A stretch of DNA of 61,910 nucleotides, the filler included, from Basidiobolus ranarum (Eukaryota): NCBI GenBank assembly GCA_040143965.1. It is 18 parts of 18 records of this genome, joined end to end, with 100 filler letters (N's around TTAATTAATTAA, not from the genome) between each part and the next. Parts side by side here need not be neighbours in the genome. Positions count along the whole stretch, not along the records: positions 51,720 to 55,051 come from JASJQH010009436.1; positions 55,152 to 58,481 come from JASJQH010009437.1; positions 58,582 to 61,910 come from JASJQH010009438.1; 15 more parts are not named here. One strand, written 5' to 3'. This document shows, piece after piece, positions 51,720-61,910 of the stretch. A program made the position numbers and the translations under genes. Numbering within the stretch: position 1 is the stretch's first letter; the number at the start of each line of letters is the position of its first letter. Under the pieces are notes generated by a model, which saw only the letters and a program-made list of their open reading frames with translations, ran no database searches and was not told the DNA's origin.

Positions 51720-53544
51720 TAATTTTACCATGGAACTCCATTGCTGCGATCGAGTCCATCCCCATATCAACTAGAGATTTGGAATGATCGGCAAATTGAT
51801 CGCAAGGCTCATCCAAGATGGCAGCAATGGTTTTTTGCAGAAATGATTTGATGGAGTGTTCATTGATTTCTATCAGTGGTGAATGCTCTCGTCTCCTATT
51901 AACTTGCTCAAACAATTCGTTGATCTCTTTTTCATATTCCCTCATTATCTTCTTACGAGCAATATTGCCCTTCGCTGTGCACGGGAGGGTTCGGTTTGGA
52001 GGTAGGATATAAATCATATTCTTGCGAATTCTTGAATGCTTTGGGATTTGGCGATTGATAATTTCTAACAAATCTCGAATCAACTGAAGAGATGCTTTCT
52101 CAGTGTGACCTTTTGAAAGCTCTACAAGTAAGCATGTACCTGATCTATCAGCACCTAGTATGGCTACATTTTTAAAGGCACCTTTTCCATCGGCCATCAG
52201 TTGCTTCTCTATAGGCAAGGGTCTAGTTTTCTCACCATTGTCGTGGACAAGTATATCATCATATCTTCCCTTATACATCCACTTGCCAGATCCAGCTGGA
52301 GTCTCAATGAAAAGATCTCCTGTGTGGAAAGCTCTCGTCTCTGGATTGATTGCCAATCCTGGAGCTAATGTAGGCTCATCAGCACGAAATACCAACTCTT
52401 TTTCCTCTTCAAATTCTCCTACTGGTAAAAAAGCAGCTTGATCCGGGTTGAATGGAGCCAGCAAGTTCCATTCCTTGTTAGCCGGATCCGAATTCGCTGC
52501 TAGAATTAACCCAGTAGTTTCAGTCATTCCATACATTGAAGCAAGATTAATATCTTGCTCAAGTAGTCTAGTAGCTATATGTTCAGAAAAAGCTGCTCCA
52601 CAAACCATTACCACTCGTAACTTCCTCAGTAAGGGGTACACAGTGGGGTCCTCCTCGGCAACAAAATAGACTTGTTCAAGCATCCATGGTACAAGCAATA
52701 GCACAGTAGGCTGATACTTTTTCAAAGTATTGATGATGTTGTGACCAGAGGGAATGAAGGTCCCCAAATGCGAAGGTGGGATGACAAAAGTTGCACCATG
52801 ATACATCATTCTTATAAAGTCGCATATATTACTAGCAGCATGAAATAGTGGTAGGAAAGCACAGGTAACGCTCTCTGAGTCGACCAGCCCTCTTTGAGAA
52901 GCCTCACAGTACCTAAGACTGGCCAACATCTGCTTACTACCCTGAGTTATGAGTTTTGGAAAGAGGGTACTTCCTGAGGTATGGGTATACATGATGCGTC
53001 GATCCATATCATCAGGTCGTCCTTTTCCAAGTAATTCCATTTCGGGAGTTATCGTGAAGACCTGGTTGGTTTTAGGACTCAAATTCGGAATACGGGAAAA
53101 TTCGTCAGACTCAGGTTCAGTCAGAAGAAATATCTTTATATCAGGTAAGGATTCACGGATACCTTTGGCTATTTCAATGAACTGAGGATGTACTGCCAAG
53201 ATACTTGCCTTTCCTTCGTTCAGAAGGTGAATCATCCCTTCAGAAGAGTTTTTTGTACTCAAATTGAGGGTTACAGCCCGTGCTCTTATCAAGGAATATA
53301 CAAGCGTACAGTACTCAATACAGTTGGGTGCCAAGATACCCACTACAGTATTTTCTTCGATCGAGATTTGATTCTTAGGCCATAAATAATAACTGTTGTA
53401 GATAGTCAAATCCCGCAATTGCTTGTATGTGATCTTTTGCTCTTCTCCTTGAGCATCGGTGTAAATGAGCGCAGTTTTCGTGCTAGTTTTCTTTGCATAG
53501 AGATCCAGAAGAGTAATCAGGTCGTTGGGTTGAAAGATTGGCAT
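51720..53544 (-). CDS. NRPS-like carboxylic-acid reductase (adenylation + PCP domains; reductase part off contig), intronless
   Basis: A3 motif YTHTSGSTLFPK, A5 YGMTE, A7 FHTGD, A8 GRYDDILVHDNGEKTRP, A10 PCTAKGNIAR and PCP motif DMGMDSI. The ATG is assigned by match to the paralog at 27919. Confidence 0.92.
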
Positions 53545-54483
53545 GTTTTGTAGATCAGTAAGCACATATATTCCATGAGCAAATCAGTTACTACCTTTTA
53601 TACACATCTTGATGTTCCACGTTGTGATATAGTTTGGGTCGCGTAAATTGAACCGACGATCTAGAGTGTTCTTCTATATCTCCGACGGATCGGGAACGTA
53701 GCTCCGCATGTTGGACTGAGTGAGCTTATAGATATTCATGCCTTGTAGAGTAAGTTCATTACTCTTCAAAATTAGGTGCATTGATGCAAGAGGGGATCAT
53801 GTTTAAATGATCTTTTGCTGCTACAACAGCCGGGTTTAAGAAGAGAACAATTGTGTCCTCAACTATGCAAGCATATTCCTAATTGTCTTCGATTTTGTGC
53901 TGTCTCGATACAATAAATTATCTGGGATTTTTTGCGCCTTTTCTAGAATTGGAACAACCACGAATCCAATCGCTCGAATAGGTATTTCCTAATCGAAACT
54001 AGTAAACATTTGTATGTAGATGGCGGGATCGGGATTTGAATTCCTATCTTCTTGGCTCTAATGATTGATGATATTGACCCCAATTTTAAGATTTACAGAT
54101 TCCATTATCAAGATCCATCTTCCTAGATAGTTGTCAATGTTTATATATTTGATCACAATCTTAATAATCGATTAATCACTATATTTTTAACCATGAACTT
54201 CTGACGGTTCAGTGTTGAAACATGTAACCAATAAGGTTATTATAGGCAAGTCCACAACAAACATTGAATTGTGATCTGTAGCATAGCTTTTAGTTTTGGT
54301 ATGAAATGGCAGTGAGGCCACAGAAAAAAAACTTCTAAAAAGGTAATACAATTCTGTACATCCCATTAACAATATGTATATTTCTTTAGGACTAACTGAT
54401 ACGTCACTGCTAGTAATACACTATGAAAATACAACATCTCAGGGCTCTAGTAAATTGAGTAAGTTGACTCTCAACTACGGATA

Positions 54484-55051
54484 CTACAACGGAATTGGCA
54501 AGAGATCCAAATCATTAAGATATCCGATTTGCTTCCAATATGTGAGATATCGCGAGATAAGCAATTCGTCAATGATCGGGCATTCATTAGCCAAAGTGAG
54601 TGATTTTTCGCAGGTTATCGTTGTATCCAGTCTGATATCAAAAGAGTTTAACGATGAGCTGGCCATTTTCTCTAAATAGGGCAGCAGTGTGAAAATGGGA
54701 TCTTCAGTTCGGAAATCTTCATCTGCTTGAGCAAGTCGCTGCAAGTTCGCCCACCATTCTTGCAATGGCAACATTCGGATTTTACGGCCTGTGATATGGC
54801 TAACATATTTGATGAATTCAGTCCATGGCTTATTGGGATGAGGGTTTACTTGATGGTAAACATTGACACCCTCTTGTCTTGCTTTAGGATATGTAATCAG
54901 TTCAACCAAACTTTTGGCCCCAATGTTCACAGGGATCCAGTCGGTCGGCAGAGTTACTATTGGTGCGATTCCGGTAGTTATTGCGTTCCGAATGAGAATA
55001 GGGAATTGCTCCCGGGTATTCCAAGCACCCGACTCACTATTACCCGATATT
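54484..55051 (-). CDS. NRPS-like protein, C-terminal reductase domain (upstream tandem paralog)
   Basis: ISGNSESGAWNTREQFP...DWIPVN...VYHQVNP...RYLTYWKQIGYL; the frame is open from the contig end. Confidence 0.88.
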
Positions 55052-55409
55052 NNNNNNNNNNNNNNNNNNNNNNNNNNNNNNNNNNNNNNNNNNNNTTAAT
55101 TAATTAANNNNNNNNNNNNNNNNNNNNNNNNNNNNNNNNNNNNNNNNNNNNCTAGTATCAATTGTCAGATATCTTGTACTTACTGTATACTTTTGAATCG
55201 GATACAAACATCAATCCATTGCCTCGGAGGCCGAGCTGAATAAATACACCGAAATGTACATTCCTGCTTTGGGTTTTAGTGTGATTTATGACTCATCATC
55301 TCATTAACAGAATCTAACTTCATATTTTTAATCAATATTTTGAATTTGGCATTGGCTTTACTACAACGATCCATATTGCTTACTATGTATTTCCTTCTCT
55401 TACTTAGCT

Positions 55410-56711
55410 ATGGAGTTCGTTAAGCCCTCAACCCCGTTTCAACCGGCTCCAACTCAGATCCAGAAGGTGGTTACTAAACGTATTTCGTTATCTAGTACAC
55501 AATGTACTGAGCCTATCAAACGTATTGTTGAAGAGCCAGATGTTCAGATTTGGACAAAATCTGAGGCTTTCGCTCGTATTATGACGTATATCCATGCTCT
55601 CAATGAAAGTGTAAAGAACAAAAAAATTTCAGAGCAAGTAGAGATGTCTCAGGTATACCCTTCTTCAATATTCATCTTTTACTTCCGAGCATTATCATAA
55701 CTATAACATAATCTAGAATGTGACCAAAGTGTTGAGTGTTCTTGAAGTACTTGATTCGTGGATTGACGAAATCCCTCCTTTGCAAAACCCTCAACGTTTT
55801 GGAAACAAGGCATTCCGTACCTGGATGAAACGTCTTGAAGAAGTAAGTCGTGTAGCTTCCTTGACGCGCTCTTTTACTCAGTGTTAAAAAAAATCACCTT
55901 TTTTTAGAATTCTCAAACTCTCCTTGCTGAACTAGTATCCCCGGAACAACAGCAAAGTGTTGTAGAGCTAAAAGCCTACTTTGGAGGTGGTTTTGGCAAT
56001 GCAATACGTATCGACTATGGAAGTGGACATGAACTTTCTTTTGTGGCTTTTTTATGTTGTTTGGATTTGATTGGGTTTTTCGAAGAGTCGGATAGAGCTG
56101 CCACAGTGTTACGCGTGATCGTTAGGTAAAACTTTATTTTTCAATTGCATTTCGATCAATACTCACAAGAATCTTTTCGCTCAGGTATTTGGAATTAGTA
56201 CGTAGATTACAACGAGTGTACATGCTAGAACCTGCTGGAAGTCATGGTGTATGGGGACTTGACGACTATCAGTTTCTACCTTATTTATGGGGAAGTTCAC
56301 AATTATTAGGTACATATTACTTTAAATTCCTCTCTTTTCCCCTAGCTAACTGTCTTCAAGATCACAAGCGCATCAAGCCACGGTCTGTTCTTAGCAATGA
56401 CATTGTCGATGCGTATGCATCTGAATACTTGTATCTTCGATGCATTCAGTTTATACACGAAGTAATTCCATTTACTTCTCAAAATAGGTTTCCTTAAATC
56501 TAATCTCTTTTTTGTTTAGGTGAAAACGGGCCCTTTTCCAGAGCACTCACCTATTCTCCACGATATTTCTGGAGTTCCATATTGGGGAAAAGTTAACTCA
56601 GGCATGTTTAAAATGTACATTGGAGATGTACTAAATAAGTTTCCAATCGTCCAACATTTGCTCTTTGGAAGTCTTTTACCTTTTATTCCAGCACAATTGA
56701 ATACCGTTTAG
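55410..56711 (+). CDS. PTPA: PP2A phosphatase activator PTPA (Rrd1/Rrd2), 6 exons
   Basis: [47 protein letters not shown] and GPFPEHSP. Introns at 55653-55716, 55843-55907, 56126-56184, 56310-56360 and 56462-56519. Confidence 0.95.
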
Positions 56712-57377
56712 CTCACATACAGTAATATTCTATGATCCACTATCACTTGTACAAAATCTTGGAATTTGTATTTCATTAAAATAAACTCAATGTGTTGATA
56801 TCATAGTCGTAGTATTAACCGGGGAGTAGATATTCAGGATGCGTTGGTATCATAATCACCGAAGCCTCTATCACTGATTAGTAGTAAACACTATCTGGAC
56901 TCGAACATTCTTGCCCAAGAGATTTGCTCAGGGGTTGGAATGCTATCGTCGGCTCGACTGTTTGGTCCTCCATTAGATTAGAACTACCAATATTTATCAT
57001 ATTACTATACAAGATTACCTACTCGCAATGACTTCAACGCAAGTCCAGAGAAACCAAACCATTTAGCTTACTTTAGTAATGAGAGGTTGAGTGTCTGAAC
57101 AAACGGTATATATATCAGTTCATCACCATTTGCTTACAAAAAATTTAAAGCAACACCTGAATACTTCAATGTTATTATACAAGTTATGTTTGCCAACACA
57201 TCCTGTGAAGTACTAAGATTGCATCTTGATTGACTGATACGTAACAGGTGGATTTATTTAAAGATAAACAGATTGACTATCAGTGAATTTATTTATTACA
57301 TAAGTGAGAATGTACATATAACTAACAAAGAAATCTCGCAAAACCAAGTGTAAAAGAGACGCCATACAAAAAGAATT

Positions 57378-58481
57378 TTAACGAGAGCACTTGGAATATG
57401 TCTTTGACATGTCGTTCGTATGCGTACGGTGTCGAGTATTGGCTTTGAGATGGCGGTTTAAAGCATCTGTATGGTAATTAGTTAATTCAGTTCAAGTATC
57501 CAGCTAATGCGTAAGCGTATCAATACCTTGTCTAGCGAAAGATCTACTACAATTTTCACATCTAAAGGGTTTGATCCCCAAATGTAATCTTGAGTGTCTT
57601 TTCATATCATGTTGCCTACTGAATGTTTGACCACAAGTTAGGCAAACGAACGGCCTCTCTTGAGTGTGGATTCTCATATGGGACTTTAAATTGTAAGGTC
57701 GGCTGAATAACTTCTGGCATTCGGGATAAGTACATTTAAGTTTTTCCATTTTTCTAGCATCTTTGTTGACGCTATTTTTGAATTCAGTACTTGGATCAAC
57801 CTCAAGTGAGATAGATTTGCTACTTTTCGAAGATATTGAAGAAACTTCTGAGCTACTGGAATTGGTAGATGATCTCCTTGAATAGAAGTTATTAAGACCT
57901 TCATCTTTGTATCTAAAACCCAATTCTGCTATGATTGATCATTAAATATGGGTGAGTAATTTTGAATTCACAATAGACATTGTCGACATCTTACCCTCTC
58001 TGGCTTGCAGAATATCCGGGGATTCAAAATAAACGGTATCTAAATTAGGTAGGGTTTGGTCGATGTGATCCGTTGAGAAGCAAGTTGCAGTATGATTCAT
58101 CATAGAGACGTCAAATGATCTCAGAGGCAAGCAGTCAAATGAATTAGCGCTTAACGCAGCCGTAGCGTCGTTGAAGTCTTCTTGGATCAATGCATCAAAT
58201 TCCCCAGATGAAGGGCTACTTGCGAGCGACGTTTCTGGATTCATATTGTAAAAATTCAACGGTAGTTTCCCCATCATCGAAAGCTCACCTGCACCATTGA
58301 TTGATGCAGCTGGAGCATTCCAAGGTGAAAACAAGTTGTACTCGTACATATGATCAGCAAAGAAGATGAATGGGTTGTTGGAGGGCGGATACTGATATTC
58401 GAGCAACTCCTGACTAATTGAATCAGCCCCATTGTTGGATCCAAAAAAACCTTCAAAAGGAATGAAAGGACCATCTATCTC
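57378..58481 (-). CDS. C2H2 zinc-finger transcription factor (Crz1-like fingers); 5' end off contig
   Basis: Three fingers: [72 protein letters not shown]. Two introns. Confidence 0.88.
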
Positions 58482-60054
58482 NNNNNNNNNNNNNNNNNNN
58501 NNNNNNNNNNNNNNNNNNNNNNNNNTTAATTAATTAANNNNNNNNNNNNNNNNNNNNNNNNNNNNNNNNNNNNNNNNNNNNAAGGCAACCTGCTGAAACT
58601 ATGACAACCGCGCTATATGGGAAGCTCTAAATGAAGCACCAAAACCAAGCGCATTTTGTAACGTTCAATATATGAATACCATGTCCGAATGAGCCCGAAT
58701 TCATACTCAAATAGGAGACTTCCGGTCTACTCTAAGTATGTACTATTGTAACCAAGGGAAGCTACTGTAAAGGGCACTCAAAAGATGCACTTTCATTACT
58801 AAATGCTCATTGTGCTCAGAGATAGTGGATATCCCACTCTTAGCTGTGATAAATCAGTACAAGACGATGTTATTCATTTGGAAATGAAGTTCAATCAACA
58901 ACCATCCTACTCTAAGAAAGTGGTTGATATTTGCAAATCAAGAAACTGGTGTTCTGGCGATTGCCTATTTTCGACCTGTGTACTAATATCTGCTCTTTAA
59001 GTTTCCGGTTGTAGCATTATAATTCCTTCTGGTTACAAATTGTAACTCATCACTAAAGCGAGTTCTTTTTAGTAGATCCGCACTACATTACCAAGGCCTT
59101 GGTAACGTTACTGCACCTCAAAGGCCCAGAGTGGATCACTCAAAGAGATATCTCCGGTCTGTATCAGCTTCATTAATTTTTTCGGTTGAGGGGCAAGTCA
59201 GCAATTGATAATGAGTTCCGAACCAATTGTCATTACTCTATATTTCCAACTATGTTTGATAAGCCCCAAAGCTTCACATAACTCGATTAAATATTTCGAT
59301 GTGCATATAGTTCAGTATGAAGCAAGTCAAGTCCATACGCTTTTACACTATCAAAGTATGTAAAATGTCTAGACCCCTAACGATTGGATACTCTCATTGT
59401 GTGACATCACTTCCCCCTTGTTTGCTCCAAGCAAATGCTCCACTTAAGGTACTTCCTTAATAAATTCTTTGCTTGGATATTTTCGCTCCCACCAATTAGC
59501 AGGTAGGTGACTGGATCCGAGGGTTCTATTTACAATTCAAAGATGTTGGTCCTGTTGAAGCTTGCTGATTATGTATTTATTTCCATATTATATGTTTATC
59601 AATAGAAGACTAAAAAATGAAATATTTGAGTAAGTAGGGCCATATGGTGTTGAATTTATTCTCTAGGGATATTGATGATGGTACCATCTGGTTAACTTTG
59701 TACCTTATATCTAATGTCACCAAATCAGAACTCCAAATATTTGGAGATGAAATCTCCTACTTCCTTTGCCTTAATTGGTGTAATTGGAAGATGCAGCTCA
59801 TACTCAGACTGGATATGTATCAGTTAGTACACCAATTTCAGGCACTAAGTCTACTACATATATAAACTCATATGAGATGAAACACTCTCTTAATGTCACA
59901 CAATTAACATCTCCAGTAGGAATGGGTAAAGAGAAATATATTGCTGCAGGTATTTGAAATATATTGACAGTGCTTAGGGCACTTAGAAGCTGTATATAAT
60001 ATAACCTGATTGCTTTACTCAAGCAACTATGGTTCTTTTTGTCCATGTTGGAAC

Positions 60055-60399
60055 TGTTAAAATTAGCTTTACCTAAACACCTATATAGTTATATATAGCT
60101 TAGTACTTATCTTATAATTCACTAAAATATTATCCATTATTCCCAATGGGAATTTACTTGGAATATTTTTACCAACTTAGAAGTTCTCAGATATATAGAT
60201 TTTTCAAACTTGTGCTAGAAGTCCCAAACCTTGCACACATGCTTCTGGGACCTTCCTTAACACATTCTACATGTTATTTTGCTTACATCTAGACAAAACT
60301 ATAAATGTCAACTTTCCACTCAATAAATCAATAAGTGGAAAACCACCAATTTCTCTAATTCCCCAAACCACTTCCAACAGGCTCCCAAATACTTTAACA
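60055..60399 (+). mobile_element. Solo LTR (family A) with perfect 5-bp TSD GGAAC
   Basis: TG...CA termini. GGAAC occurs at 60050-60054 and 60400-60404. Confidence 0.92.
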
Positions 60400-60851
60400 G
60401 GAACTAGAAAAGGCAACAGTAGGGTTTCAGTTGTAAGCTATGGATAGAGTTGTGTTGTGTCCAAGAGAAGAGTGGATAAAAATCTTGAACTTTACTGAAC
60501 CAAAGAAACTGTTAAGTGCAGAATCTTAGAACTGTTTAAGCAGGATATGTTAGTAGAGCAGATCTAACTAATATATGTCTTGGGAATAGCAGTGGGTTGC
60601 TATGTTATGGTAGAGAGTAGGGTTGCTAGGCAGCTAGGCAGCTAGGCCTGGTGTTCTGTAGATGCTAGTGGATACTAGGCTTTGATAGAAATGAAAGGGG
60701 AATATTGAATTTGTTGAGACACACACTGACCAAAAGGTTCAGTTAGCTTTATTTTTACTTTTTGATAGCAAAGTGAATTAATCAGCACCAAGATAATAGA
60801 TGAGTAATTCTGATAAAAGAGAATATGATTGGATAGACAGATAGATTAGTT

Positions 60852-61200
60852 TGTTGAAATTATCATTGCCTAAACACCTCTGTAGTCACATATAGCTTGG
60901 TATTTAGTTATCTTATATTTCACTAAGATATTAACCATTATTCTCAATTGGAATTTACTTAGAATATTTTTACCAACTTAGAAGTTCTCAGATATATAGA
61001 TTTTGATAACTTATACTAGGAGCCCCAAACTTTGCACACATGTTCCTGGGACCTTGGTTTAACACATTCTACATGTTAGTTTGCTTATATCTGGACAAAA
61101 CTATAAATGTCAACTTTCTACTTAATAAATCAATAAGTTAAGACACCCAATTTCTCTAATTGTCCAAATCACTTCCAACATACTCCCAAATACTTTAACA
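60852..61200 (+). mobile_element. Solo LTR (family A) with near-perfect TSD TAGTT/AAGTT
   Basis: TGTTG...TAACA termini; homologous to 60055-60399. Confidence 0.88.
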
Positions 61201-61910
61201 AAGTTAGTCATGCATCAGCTGAAGTCTTGGTAGTGAAAGATCAATGGTTATGGTTCTTGTGACACATATTGGCTTGTGTCTGGGCAGATGACTCAGAGGT
61301 TAATACTGATTGGATGATGATCATGTGATGGATTATATGATCAGATTGATGGGATAAGAGAAGAGATTGTTAGTCATGTGATAAGTCACATGATAAAGCC
61401 ACTTGATAAGGTCAGGTGACTAGTTAGCAATGATGATAAAAAAACATATATTCATACAAGTTGTATAGAGAAGGTGTAAGTTACATGACTTTGTATGTTG
61501 GTGCATAACAAATTGGATATTACATTAAAGAAGTCTTCCACAATCCTGAACAGTTTATCATATATCTTTTTGTTCTAGAGATATTCACAATAAAAGGATT
61601 GAGGATAGCCAACATCATTTGTCAATATTTAGGCTGATGGTCATAATATGTTGATGAAAGTATCTTTTATGGCCATTCAGAATGGCAGCACAATGCACCA
61701 GCTTCAGATTGGGAATATGAGGAAGTCATGAGTGTTTGAAAGTAATGATTGTAAGATATTTTGGTGTAAAGTGTTTAATGATAAGCTGATATGTAGTGAT
61801 ACTGTTGGAGGATCTTGACATAATGGGGTAGACTTTGAGTATTAGAAGCAACTTATGATAGTGTGTTTTAGTTAGTTTATTCTTAAGAGTATATGGTGAC
61901 TTATATAGTA

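Noticed and set aside
51818-53385. Several plus-strand ORFs over the NRPS-like gene (also over RSC9 and CK2 beta)
   Set aside because: These are antisense shadows of real coding sequence.
3362-58581. Regularly spaced TTAATTAATTAA palindromes resembling a repeat array, and any gene neighbourhood across them
   Set aside because: These are assembly linkers embedded in Ns. Contigs are size-sorted, so adjacency has no biological meaning. ORF-track entries ending XXXLIN are artefacts.
61201-61910. CpG-depleted, probably TE-derived sequence
   Set aside because: No diagnostic motif or terminus could be assigned.

Overview
This window is not one locus. It is 18 unrelated contigs of about 3.3 kb, ordered by decreasing length and joined by an artificial N-TTAATTAATTAA-N linker. 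The source is an AT-rich, intron-rich fungal genome. An early-diverging lineage (possibly Basidiobolus-like) is inferred from a U12-type intron, a DCAF15-like gene and short introns. Gene contigs carry RSC9, a Yap-type bZIP factor, ERF4/GOLGA7, two tRNA-Arg genes, a Zn-alcohol dehydrogenase, a DCAF15-like gene, CK2 beta, PTPA, a Crz1-like C2H2 factor and tandem NRPS-like (A-T-R) reductase genes. Repeat contigs hold nested, nearly CpG-free Ty1/copia, CACTA-type and IS5/Harbinger-type elements. The top candidate for novelty is a three-copy box C/D-like RNA gene that I cannot identify. It has a 5' extension and an upstream TCCCA + ATAAATA motif pair at identical spacing in all copies, and it flanks CK2 beta. 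Other highlights are a canonical minor-spliceosome intron in ERF4, CpG-free transposon ORFs that remain open, and a transposase resembling bacterial ISL2.
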